Origin: Octopus vulgaris
Lineage: Eukaryota
Direction: 5' to 3'
Length of the DNA: 64,000 nt
Assembly: GCA_951406725.2 (NCBI GenBank)
Contig: OX597828.1
Span: forward strand, 7,192,001 to 7,256,000
Below, piece after piece: positions 14,048 through 26,299 of this stretch. The translations under genes and the position numbers were made by a program. The notes below the pieces were generated by a model that was not told where the DNA came from, made no database searches, and was given only the letters and a program-made list of their open reading frames with translations. Within the stretch, counting starts at the first letter, position 1; each line of letters starts with the position of its first letter.

Positions 14048-14185
14048 GTATCATCTTCATCGTTGTAACGTACTTGTTTCCACATTTGCGTAGTTCAGAC
14101 GGAATTTGTTGAGGCAGATTTTCCGTGGCCGGATGAAATTCCGGCCGCCGAACCTCGCCAGTTCTCAAATTAGGTAATATTGCCA
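14048..14185 (-). mobile_element. SINE/LINE-tail fragment of another family
   Basis: Minus strand 'catccggccacggaaaatctgcctcaacaaattccgtctg...gtacgttacaacgatgaagatga' has the form of a retroposon 3' end. Confidence 0.5.
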
Positions 14186-14190
14186 TTTAG

Positions 14191-14345
14191 CTTTACGTTC
14201 AGAGTTCAAATTCCACCAAGGTCGACTTTGCCTTCGATCCTATCGGGGTCGATAAATTAAGTACCATTGCGTACTGGGGTCGATCTAATCGACTGGCTCC
14301 CTGCCCCAAAATTTCGGGCCTTGTGCCTAGAGTAGAAAGGAATAT
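14191..14345 (+). mobile_element. SINE family B, tail type 2, 5'-truncated
   Basis: Body gtcgactttgcctt...ggggtcgataaattaagtacc, tail 'aaaatttcgggccttgtgcctagagtagaaag'. Confidence 0.88.
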
Positions 14346-14724
14346 TTTCTATGGAAGTGTGGAAAAGAATAACACCGCTTGTATGAACCCGAAACCATAT
14401 ATTTAAGAACCGATTAGCACAACCATGGCTGCGCCTATGAATGTGCGTGTGTGAGTGCGTAGGAGTGTTTGTCTATGTATGTGTATCAAATGAATTTAGC
14501 ATGTATTAGACGCGAGGACAATCAATGCTGGCTTTGACTGAGTTTGATATAATAACGGTAAGCAGTTAAAATTTCATGTGGCTCCAGTCTAGATTTATGC
14601 AGCAGTTACGTAAGACTCTAATTCAGGCCATTTGTTTATCATGCAACAATTGCATAAATTCACAAAACAGTCTCTGCACAAATTAGACCTTAACTGCAAT
14701 GATAATGACAGATATGTGTAGCTA

Positions 14725-14862
14725 ATAAGAAGAGACACTTGGAAATAAAATGAAACCACTTATGTATAATACCTTCTGTCTCCGGACATCTTGTGTTTCT
14801 GGCAGTCTGTTGTCACATGATACCTTCGCCAGCGGTCCTGCAACGAGAATCGTTCGTTGCAG

Positions 14863-14865
<3 letters not shown>
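14725..14865 (-). mobile_element. Penelope-like relic with hammerhead motif (14782-14835)
   Basis: ccg-CTGGCGA-a-ggta...tgcc-a-GAAA-ca(caaga)tg-TC-cgg. All three stems form; one core substitution (A6G). Confidence 0.55.
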
Positions 14866-14961
<96 letters not shown>

Positions 14962-14984
14962 GTATATATATATGTATATATATA

Positions 14985-15090
<106 letters not shown>

Positions 15091-15507
15091 GGTAAACAGT
15101 AAAAATAATTACAGACATGGACAAGAACATGAAACGCCACAGAGACGACACAAGAACCACAGGACGGGACATTCGAAGCCCTCAGTCATCAGTCAAGAAC
15201 CAGATCATCTTAGCAATTTCGGCTGATTAATCTTGAGATTGCTCCGATATGGCCAGCCCGCCACGGGAAATCTAAGCCAAGTGCATTAGATCCCCTGGAA
15301 GAAAGCTTCGAATGTATACAACACGAGGACGGAAAACGAACGAAGTACACGAACAAAAATACAGAATACGTGACAACAATAAGAATACAAAAACGTAAAA
15401 CAATAACGGTAAAAATAAAGTATAAAGAATAAACAACAAAACAAGACCAGGACGTAGGACAAGGGTCTTTCGACAGGACGAATTGAGCATGGGGCTAGCT
15501 TATGAAG
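15091..15507 (-). mobile_element. Dispersed repeat (probably Penelope-like) with hammerhead core elements; second copy at 61245-61378
   Basis: 15105-15230 is the reverse complement of 61247-61375 with scattered mismatches. Contains CTGATGA and GAAA motifs and is flanked by (TA)n. Confidence 0.65.
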
Positions 15508-15577
15508 TATATATATATATATATATTAAATGTATACATAAATATATACATACACACACATATATATACATACATAA

Positions 15578-15608
<31 letters not shown>

Positions 15609-15631
15609 CATACATACATACATACATATAT

Positions 15632-15674
<43 letters not shown>

Positions 15675-15675
<1 letters not shown>

Positions 15676-16021
15676 GTTGTTGGTACTCCGTCGCTTACGA
15701 GGGTTCCAGTTGATCCGATCAACGGAATAGCCTGATCGTGAAATTAACGTGCAAGCGGCAGAGCACTCCACAGACTCGTGTACCCTTAACGTAGTTCTCG
15801 GGTAGATTCAGCGTGACATAGAGTGTCCTTTGAATTACAGGCTCAACAGCAACAAGTAAGAAAGAGAAACTTGTGGTGAAAGAGTATAGCAGGGTTCGTC
15901 ACCATCCCCTCGTGGAGCTTTAGGTGTTTTCGCTCAATAAACACTCACAACGCCCTGTCTGGGAATCGAAACCGCGATCCTATAATCGCGAGTCCTAACC
16001 ACTGGGTCATTGCGTCCCCAC
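15675..16021 (-). mobile_element. SINE family C, tail variant 2
   Basis: Reverse complement of 25891-26270 with deletions. Confidence 0.88.
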
Positions 16022-16097
16022 TATATGTACATACATACATACATAGATATATATATATATATGCATTCATACATATATACATACATACATACATACA

Positions 16098-16127
<30 letters not shown>

Positions 16128-16128
<1 letters not shown>

Positions 16129-16245
16129 GGCCTGCTCACTTAGCCAGCGGGGTGGCGTCATTTGAAGGCTAAAAAAACAATGCGAAGCGCATTGTGACCA
16201 GCGATGTGTAGCAACATCTGATAGCCTGGTTGGTCACGGTGATCA
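16128..16245 (+). mobile_element. SINE 3' tail fragment inside (CATA)n
   Basis: Matches 3662-3782 on the opposite strand. Confidence 0.7.
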
Positions 16246-16796
16246 CATACATAGATATATATTGCTGCAGAGTAACAGATGATGTACGGAACGTTGGAAA
16301 TATCAAAAACACAACCATGTCCAAATAAAACCGAACAACGTTGTTAGAGAGCTCCAGCTACAGGAATCGACACAAAGAAAATGGAAATTCAAGGAAACTT
16401 TCGGAAATGAGTCTTGTAATAATTACATGGATGAATATTTCGGAGTGATACCGAATTTTTTTTGTTTTTTCTTTTTCATTTAAATCTATTCATTTATTTC
16501 TCTATGTTTATTTGCAAAACTATTAATTAGAGCATTCAATAAAAGTGAAAAAGTATCAAATTTACCGTTATAATATATACAATAATATAGATAATATATA
16601 GAACTCAAAAGGTCCATAACATTCCTTCCTTCCCGGGCTATCTCCATTGTTTTTTTTTTTGCACAGTTTTTTTTTTCATTTCACTTTATTCTTAATTTCT
16701 CAAATTTCTTTTTTCTTCCTTTTCCAGTTGTCCGTTCTATTTTCTAATCTCCGTCTCTTTCATCATTTTTCATATTCTTCCCATATTTCATTCTCC

Positions 16797-16844
<48 letters not shown>

Positions 16845-17607
16845 ACTCTCTTTCTTCAAGTAGCTTTCTTTTCTTCTTCTTTCTCCTCAACTCTACCCTC
16901 TTCGATCTTCGTTTCAATTTATCTCTTAATCCCACTCGCTCTCGCTTTGTCCCACATTTTCATACACACTCACTCACTCATACACACACACATACACACG
17001 CACGCACGCACGCACACATACACACGCTCCTTTTCTCCCTATTTCTCTCTCTTCCCTCTATCACTCTTAGTGTTTCACAGTCTGAATCTCATCCAAACAC
17101 TCTTTGGGAAAACCCTGGGAAAACTTCCAATCTCTTTCCTTCCCCCACCGCTCTCTTTCCCTTCTTCCCCTCTTCCTCTTTCTTCTTTCCGCCCCTCTCT
17201 CTTTAATTCACAATTTCTCCCCCCCTTCTCTCTAATTCGCTATTTATCACACTCTCTGACCTTCTCTCTCCGAGCCAAGCTAAAACTAATTCGCATAGTA
17301 CTTAACTTTCATTCAAACTTTCTGTCTCACAGATTGTCTATCATTCACTCATTGCCTCACTCACACTACACACACACACACACATAACACACTCTCTCAG
17401 AGACACACACAAACACTCAGTTTCTCCTTCTTTCCACTCCTCTATCCCTCTCTCCCTCTCTCCCTCTCACAGTTCCACAGTCACCATTTCATTCATGCAT
17501 TTCTTGACCATCATTCATACATAACTCCCTATCTCTCTTTACCGTCTCTCTTCAGCCTCTCTTTGTCTAAGTCTGCCTGCCTCTCTTTCTCCTTTTCGTT
17601 GTCTCTC

Positions 17608-17654
<47 letters not shown>

Positions 17655-18027
17655 CTGTCTATCTACTATTCACTCATTCTTGCTTTTACCCGCTCTCTGT
17701 TTTACAATTCGCGTCACATTCATAATATCCCTATCTCTCACTTTTACACTCATTTCCTCTCACTCTCACTCATGTCTTCTCTCTCTCTCTCTCTCTCTCT
17801 CACACACTCACATACACACAACCTATTCCTCATTCATTCTCACACTCCCATACTTTCCCTCACACCTTGGCCCTCAGTCTATCTCCCACTTTCACACCCT
17901 TCCGTCAACCCCCCTCCATTTGTATTTCATCATTCTCATTCATGTACCTGTCTTCTCCCCCCCCCCTTTTATTTTTGTCAATCCGAACCAATGAAGGAAC
18001 CATCCAGTCTTCTTACCCTATATATAC

Positions 18028-18086
<59 letters not shown>

Positions 18087-18092
<6 letters not shown>

Positions 18093-18295
18093 TTTATAGA
18101 AGGAGCTTCTACAGGACTAGAACTGTTTCATTCAAAAGAAATCATCAGGAAGCTCAGGAAGCTTCCTGATGATTTCTTTTGAATGAAACAGTTCTAGTCC
18201 TGTAGAAGCTCCTTCTATAAAATAAATTAATTTACTCTGCTATGTATTGAGTACCTTATTTACTGTGGTTAACCCCGACTCAACCCGGGACCTAC
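18087..18295. mobile_element. Penelope-like inverted-repeat relic with a hammerhead motif on each strand
   Basis: Perfect 68-bp arms at 18087-18154 and 18160-18227 with a 5-nt spacer. Motif: agcttc-CTGATGA-tttcttttgaat-GAAA-cag(ttctagtc)ctg-TA-gaagct. Confidence 0.8.
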
Positions 18296-18313
18296 ATATA
18301 TATATATATATAT

Positions 18314-18344
<31 letters not shown>

Positions 18345-19139
18345 TATATATATATGTATGTGTGAGTGTGTGTGTGTGTATGTATGTATGTATGTATGTA
18401 TGTGCGTGCATATATAAGGTTAGAGATAGGAGCGATGACCTCCCCTCGCAAATTCTAATCGGACACAGACAGTGCTTGGTTAGCCAGTAGGAGGAGATGT
18501 CTTCCAGGGGTTAAAACAACAGTAGCATAGTCCTCTATGGGACCGCCACATTAATTGGCAAATATATATATATATATATATGTGTGTGTATGTGCGTGTG
18601 TGTGTCACTCTCCTTAAAACGTTCATACACATTCTCTCTTATTCTCTGACTCCCTACTCTCTTCCCTTTACCCTTATCACTACCGCTACCACTCACTAAC
18701 CATCACTTTCCCTCTCTCACTTATACTTCTCCAGTTATCCCTATTCACTCACACTTTACTCTTTCTCCCTTCAATCTCTTTCTCGCCTTATATTTTTCAC
18801 GCTCCTTTAACTCACACCTCTTTATCTCTCTTTCCCGTTCTCGCTATTGTGCCGCCCCAAGTTAGATTTGATCGGACAAACCTATAATCAAAGTCTTTTC
18901 AGCCGTGGCCATCCCATCTTGTCTTCAAAACATGATTCTTTCATTCTTATTCCTTCCACTTGTATTTTATTCATTTCTTTCATTTCATTCATTTCATTCT
19001 CTATCCTGCATCCCTTCTTCCTCTACACTCCCTTTTTACGTCTCTCTCCTTTTCTCATTTCCCTCTAGTTCCCTAAACCTATTTCTCCTTCTTTATTTCT
19101 CTTTTCTCTCTTTCCTTCTTCCGTCTCCTCTCTCTCTCT

Positions 19140-19250
19140 CCCCCTTACCTCCCTAATCAGCCCTTATTTTATTCAGTGATATTCCTTCCTTTATCCTCTC
19201 TCTAACCATTTTACTATATCATTTTCTCTACAGCCCTCTCTCTCTCTTAT

Positions 19251-19285
<35 letters not shown>

Positions 19286-20199
19286 GTCTCTCCCTACCTC
19301 TCTAATCAGCCCTTATTTTATTCAGTGATATTCCTTCCTTTATCTTCTCTCTAACCATTTTACTATATCATTTTCTCTACAGCCCTCTCTCTCTTATGCT
19401 CTCTCTCTCTCTTAGTCTCTCCTTACCTCCCTAATCAGCCCTTATTTTATTCAGTGATATTCCTTCCTTTATCCTCTCTCTAACCATTTTACTATATCAT
19501 TTTCTCTACAGCCCCCCCTCTCTCTCTCTCTCTCTCTCTCTTAGTCTCTCCCTACCTCCCTAATCAGCCCTTATTTTATTCAGTGATATTCCTTCCTTTA
19601 TCTTCTCTCTAACCATTTTACTATATCATTTTCTCTACAGCCCTCTCTCTCTCTTATGCTCTCTCTCTCTCTCTCTCTCTTAGTCTCTCCCTACCTCCCT
19701 AATCAACCCTTATTTTATTCAGTGATATTCCTTCCTTTATCCTCTCTCTAACCATTTTACTATATCATTTTCTCTACAGCCCTCTCTCTCTCTTATGCTC
19801 TCTCTCTCTCTCTCTTGGTCTCTCCCTACCTCCCTAATCAGCCCTTATTTTATTCAGTGATATTCCTTCCTTTATCCTCTCTCTAACCATTTTACTATAT
19901 CATTTTCTCTACAGCCCTCTCTCTCTCTCTTATGCTCTCTCTCTCTCTCTCTCTCTCTCTTAGTCTCTCCCTACCTCCCTAATCAACCCTTATTTTATTC
20001 AGTGATATTTCTTCCTATATCTTCTCTCTAACCATTTTACTATATCATTTTCTCTACAGCCCTCTCTCTCTTATGCTCTCTCTCTCTCTTAGTCTCACTC
20101 TACCTCCCTAATCAGCCCTTATTTTATTCAGTGATATTCCTTCCTTTATCTTCTCTCTAACCATTTTACTATATCATTTTCTCTACAGCCCTCTCTCTT

Positions 20200-20237
<38 letters not shown>
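19140..20237. repeat. Tandem minisatellite, 8 units of about 129-149 bp
   Basis: Core 'ctaatcagcccttattttattcagtgatattccttcc...ttttctctacagccc' starts at about 19153, 19302, 19431, 19560, 19699, 19834, 19979 and 20108. Length variation lies in the (CT)n tracts. Confidence 0.95.
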
Positions 20238-20241
<4 letters not shown>

Positions 20242-20917
20242 GCACACACAGTCTCTCTTTCTTATAGTCTCTCACCCCGTCTTTACGTTCCTACTGTACC
20301 ATTTTTACTGCTGCAGACTTACTCTCCCTTTCAGCTTCTCCCTAAAACATTCTTACTAAATCACTTTCGCCATTGCTGTTTCTCTCTCTCTCTCTCTATC
20401 TTACTCTCTCCCCCTCTAAAAACATTGGCACCATACCACTTTCGTCTCCCTCACTCTCTCTTCTTTCTCTATACCGTACTCCCACTTAGAAGCTTTGTCT
20501 TGCTCTCCCCACTACCCCCTATTTTTGTTTTTTATTTTTGCCTTCTTCCTATAAATGAAATATGTCTGATGTTGGGATGTTTGGAACCCTACAACGGGAA
20601 GATGAAAAAGAAGAACGAAAGAAACGAACGCAAGAATTGAAGAATGAATGAACGAATGAATGAATGAATGAATGAATGAAAGACAGAAATAAGAAAGAAA
20701 GGAAAAGGAAAAGAATGGATGAGAGAGAAGAAGGAAAGAAAGAAAGAAAACGAAAAAAAAAGAAAGAAAGAAAGAAAGAAAGGGAGAAAGCAAGGAAGGA
20801 AAAAGCTAGGAAGGAAGACGGGAAGAATATCCACCAATCCTGACTGGATTACGAAATTGTGGGTCGAACTAGACTGGGGTAAGTGACCAGAGCGCACTGC
20901 ATACGCATACACACATA

Positions 20918-20962
<45 letters not shown>

Positions 20963-21152
20963 ACACATGTATGTTATTGTACGTATGCTCATACAGATAT
21001 GAATATTATACATGTACGCACCACGCACTCACAATCATACACGCACACATCTACAGGTTATACCGAGTAAACTGCATACCTACGTAACCAATCTCTGTTA
21101 AAATATAAATGCACACACATACACATATATGTAAATATCAGTACACCAAAAC

Positions 21153-21187
<35 letters not shown>

Positions 21188-21640
21188 TGTATATATACGT
21201 GTATGTGTTGTGAGTGAGTGTGTGTGTGTGTATTTATATAATGTACTTAAATAGAACCACCGAGCGTTTAAACCGCGTATATACGTATACCTACTCATAT
21301 TTATATGCGCAATAAGAAGACTACCTTTTTTTCAAAAATACACACAAACATACACTAACACTCAACAGCCACAACAACAACAACAGTAACAATAACAACA
21401 ACACCGTATGTGCATGCGTTATACGGTGGGCGTAGCTTCAGTCTTGTCAATGCCCATACATACATACATACATACATACATACATACATAGATGGATACA
21501 TACATACATACATATATACATACATACATACATACATATATACATACATACATACATATATACATACATACATGCATACATACATACATATATACATACA
21601 TACATATATACATACATACATATAAACATACATACATACA

Positions 21641-21671
<31 letters not shown>

Positions 21672-22077
21672 GGCTACATGTGAAACTGAGTTATCTCATG
21701 ACATCCCAACCGTGGCCATCCAATAGTTATCGTTTTTCAGTCTCATAATACCATATCTCCAGTGTTGTATTTAAAAAAAAAAAAAAAACCGTCAAGGAAA
21801 TTTGGCTGCTATTTCTAGCGAATCGAGTTTGTTGTGTGTCGTGGGACATCACATGGTCTTGTGACATCGGACTGTGTTTTCGTTGTTCTTTAATCGGGTT
21901 GTAATATATCTAGGTATATGCATGCGTGTTTACAGGTAGTGGGTGTGTCTGCGTGTTTAAACGTACATATATATTCATATGCATACATACGTACATACGT
22001 GCATACATACATGCATACATACATACATACATACATACATACATACATACATACATACATACATACATACATACATG

Positions 22078-22109
<32 letters not shown>

Positions 22110-22132
22110 CAGCAAAATTTAGATTCAGATGA

Positions 22133-22182
<50 letters not shown>

Positions 22183-22985
22183 TGTATATATATGCGCATT
22201 GTGTATTATATAGTGTGTGTATATATATATATATATTATATGCATGTATGTATGAATGAATACATATCATTTAGATATACATACACGCGTAGACATATAC
22301 ATACAGACACACAAACAAACACACACACACATACATGTAATTCATATATGTGTAGGTATGTACGTATCAATCTATCAGTCAACCACTTTATCTCTCTCCC
22401 ACTCTCTTTCTCCACACGCACACACACACACACTCACACATACACACACACACACACACCCCACACATACAGATGGAGGGAAGAGTGTTTCATATTCATG
22501 TGATTACGTGTATTTTAGATATTAAGCCAGGTAAAGTATTGTGAATGGCTGCACACACACACGCGCGCGCACACACACACGTCACATCACACTGCACCAT
22601 ACAAACACGCGCGCGCGCACACACAAACACGCACACACATGCATAAACACATACCACCCCACACCATGCACATCTCTGTGCCTGTGTGCTAGTGCACGCA
22701 CGTTTGTCTGAGTATGTATACATATACATTAACATGTGCACACACACGCACACACACGTGTGTGTGTGATTGTCCATCGTGGTATTTGTTCCGACGTTGT
22801 ACTGAGTTCAAATCCTGCTGAGGTTAAGATGCCTTACATGTTAAAAATCCACCAGTCCAAAACAGTTGACTGACAAATGTATAAAGAACGGATGGACCCG
22901 ATACCTTGCAGTATCTGTTATTTGCGTTCTGAGTTCAAATCGCCCCATAGCCTACTACACTATACCTGTCACCTGGTTTAATACC

Positions 22986-23194
22986 TATTTCTATATTACC
23001 CACAAGGGGCTAAACACAGAGGAGACAAACAAGGACAGACAAACGGATTAAGTCGATTAATCCGTTAAACGGATTCATCGAAAGGATGAAAGGCAAAGTC
23101 GACCTCGGCGGAATTTGAACTCAGAACGTAGCGGCAGACGAAATACCGCTTAGCATTTCGCCCGGTGTGCTAACGATTCTGCTAGCTCGCCACC
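22986..23194 (-). mobile_element. SINE family B, tail type 1
   Basis: Head ggtggcgagct to tail gccccttgtgggtaatatagaaata; 34-bp TSD at 22952-22985 and 23397-23430 (2 mismatches). Confidence 0.9.
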
Positions 23195-23211
23195 TGCTAC
23201 TACACTATACC

Positions 23212-23396
23212 TATTTCTTTATTACCCACAAGGGGATAAACATAGAGGGGACAAATAATGACAGACATAGGTATTAAGTCGATTACATCGACCCCAGTGC
23301 GTAACTAGTACTCAATTTATCGACCCCGAAATGATGAAAGGTAAAGTCGACCTCGGCGGAATTTGAACTCACAACGTAACGGCAGACGAAATACCG
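23212..23396 (-). mobile_element. SINE family B, tail type 1, 5'-truncated, inserted in the TSD of the neighbouring copy
   Basis: TSD ctactac(a/g)ctatacc at 23197-23211 and 23397-23411. Confidence 0.9.
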
Positions 23397-23659
23397 CTAC
23401 TACGCTATACCTGTCACCTGGCTTAATACCGCCACCGGGGACCTTGAATACCTTTCGGAGAGTCCATTCTGGCGCACACATTTGGGTAAGGTTTCTGGTT
23501 TAATGGTACCTTCCTCTTTCCCACAAGCCCACAAGTCTCGGCGACCCTATCACTGGCCATGGGAGCTGGACTTCTTCCTGACTAAAAGATGGAAAAAGAA
23601 ATTGCAATATTAAAAATCTGTGAGTGTGATTTTACAGCTGAATGCATGTATATGTACGG

Positions 23660-23814
23660 GGGGCTGTGTTGTAGGAAGTTTGCTTCCCAGCCACATGGTT
23701 CTGGGTTCAGTCCCATTGCATGGCACCTTGGGCAAATGTTTTCTACTATAGTCACAGACCGACCAAAGCCTTGTGAATAGATTTGGTAGTCGGAAAATGA
23801 GAGACGCCCGTTGT

Positions 23815-23859
<45 letters not shown>

Positions 23860-24100
23860 ACAAATGTTATGTGTGTGTGTGTGCGCCGGTGTGTCTTAGA
23901 GTCTGTATTTATACTCCACTACTGCTTGATAACCGGTTTTGGTGTGTTTACGTAACTTAGCCGTTCGGCAAAACATCCGATAGAATACATAAATACTAGG
24001 CTTAATAAATAAGCACCGGGGCTGAATTGTTCGATTAAACCCTTCTGTGCGTGTGTCCCTACATGACCCATAGCTGCAGCCTAATAAATGAAACAAATAA
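23660..24100 (+). mobile_element. SINE family A, diverged
   Basis: Head, 'gcaccttgggcaaatg', internal CA/TG tract and degenerate tail. Confidence 0.8.
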
Positions 24101-24852
24101 AATATACTTAGATACACACACACATGTATGTATGTATGTATGTATGTATGTATGTATGTATGTATGTATGTATGTATGTATGTATGTATGTATGTATGTA
24201 TGTATACATGTATGTATGTTTGTATGTTTGTATGTATACCTGTACGTATGTTTACAATGTGTATATTTGTTGTCTATGAGTTTAAATAAAGAAACACTTT
24301 AGAATGATAGTGTGGCTACGTACCCAGCGAAACACGTTTCCATTACAGATTCTTCCATTACCAAGATCCTTGCTTTCCTTTTCCTTGTTCCGAGTGATGC
24401 TTAGCCTAAAGTTGTTCTAGGATTAAAATCGCTTCAGCCGCGACCATCCTGTTTTCCTTAGGGATATCCAGAACGGGTGTATGAAATGTCTGCATCCATT
24501 TTTTTTTTATTTTGATGTCAGCTGTGATTGAAGGTAGGGTTCAATTTTCTAAGTGCTATTTCTAGCATGTAAAATGACCACATAGAGGCTTATAATTGGT
24601 TTATTCTAATATAGGAAGATATACACAATAAATTAATGAATAAATCAGATGAGACGGTCACGCCTGGAAGTATCCTGGCTACTGATATTAATGACAAGAA
24701 CGTTCCTGTGTGGGCTTGGGTCGATTTATGCCAGTTGATGATGTATTCCGTTGCTATTTTTGTTGTTGTTGTGCATCTTATGTTGTTATTGTCACCGATG
24801 TTATTGTTGTCATTTTTTTAATGCTTTAGCTAGTGTTCTTGCATTCATTGCT

Positions 24853-25830
24853 GTTATTATTACTATCCTTACGAAGGCTGCGAGCTGGCAGAGTCGTTAG
24901 CGCGCCGGGCAAAATGTTCAGCGTCTTTACGCTCTGAGTTCAAATTCTGCCAAGGTTGACTTTGCCGTTCATCCTTTCGGAGTCGATAAAAAAATAAGTA
25001 CCAGTTGAGTACTGAAGTCGATGTAATCGACTGTCCCCGTCTCCCCAAATTTCAGGCCTTGTGCCTATAGTAGAAAGGATTATTACTGTCCCGAAGAAAG
25101 TGGCGAGCGCACAGAATTGTTTGCACGCTGGGTAAAATTCTGAGCGACATTTCGTCCGTCTTTACTCTCTGAGTTCAAATTCCGCCGAGGTTGACTTTGC
25201 CTTTCATCCTAGGGTCGATGTAATCGACTTACATATTCCGACCAAAAATTTCAGGCCTTGTGCCTATTGTAGAAAGGATTATTATTGTCTTTAGGAAGAA
25301 GGTGAACGGGCAGAATCGTTAGCGCTCCGGGAAAAATTCTGAGCGGCATTTCGCCCGTCTTTATGTTCTGAGTTCAAATTTCATTGAAATCTACATTGCC
25401 TTTCATGCTTTCGGTGTCTATATATTTCGGAGTTCGATATAATTAACTTTCCCTTCCTCTGAAATTGCTGGAATTGTGCCAAAATTTGAAACAATTCTTG
25501 CTGTCCTGACGAAGGCGACGAGCAGGCAGAATCATTATAGCACCGAAATGCTGAGTGGTATTTCGTCTACCGCTACGTTCTGAGTTCAAATTCTGCCGAG
25601 GTCGACTTTGCCTTTCATCAGTTACGCACTGGAGTCGATGTAATCGACTTAATCCCTTTGTCTGTCCTTGTTTGTCCCCTCTATGTTTAGCCCCTTGTGG
25701 GCAATAAAGAAATAAGAATCATTATAGCACGCCAGACAGAATGCACTCTGTATTCCGAGGTCAAATACTGCTGAAGTCAACTTCGCCTTTTATCCTTTCG
25801 ATAAAATAACTTCCAGTTGAGCATTGGATT
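24853..25830 (+). repeat. Head-to-tail array of four diverged SINE-B units (about 210-225 bp period) plus one young nested copy (25544-25714)
   Basis: Heads at about 24874, 25099, 25299 and 25512, each preceded by a related 'ttactgtcc...gaag' linker. The nested copy has TSD agaatcattatagcac at 25528-25543 and 25715-25730. Confidence 0.82.
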
Positions 25831-25888
25831 CACTGTCCTTGCAGCAAGATTTGAACCCATTGTTACTGTTAAGGGTGGTAGATAGGTT

Positions 25889-26272
25889 GTGGAGGCGCAA
25901 TGGTCCAGTGGTTAGGGCAGCGGACTCGCGGTCGTAGGATCGTGGTTTCGATTCCCAGACCGGGCGTTGTGAGTGTTTATTGAGCGAAAACACCTAAAGC
26001 TCCACGAGGCTCCGGCATGGATGGTGGTGATCCCTGCTGTACTCTTTCACCACAATTTTCTCTCACTCTTACTTCCTGTTTCTGTTGTACCTGTATTTCA
26101 AAGGGCCGGCCTTGTCACTCTCTGTGTCACGCTGAATATCCCCGAGAACTGCGTTAAGGGTACACGTGTCTGTGGAGTGCTCAGCTACTTACACGTTAAT
26201 TTCACGAGCAGGCTGTTCCGTTGATCGGATCAACCGGAACCCTCGTTGTCGTAACCGACGGAGTGCTTCCAC
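25889..26272 (+). mobile_element. SINE family C, full length, tail variant 2
   Basis: tRNA-like A and B boxes; TSD ggtagataggtt at 25877-25888 and 26273-26284. Confidence 0.92.
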
Positions 26273-26299
26273 GGTAGATAGGTTATATCGTTTGTGCAT

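Larger units (their letters stand above)
16620..20530. repeat. About 4-kb pyrimidine-skewed low-complexity domain
   Basis: Plus strand is strongly C/T-rich and G-poor, with many (CT)n tracts, apart from the insert-rich part at about 18.0-18.6 kb. Confidence 0.85.

Noticed and set aside
19140-20237. CRISPR-like repeat/spacer appearance (also 34007-34470)
   Set aside because: The spacers are only (CT)n or (CA)n tracts rather than unique sequences, there are no cas genes, and the context is eukaryotic.
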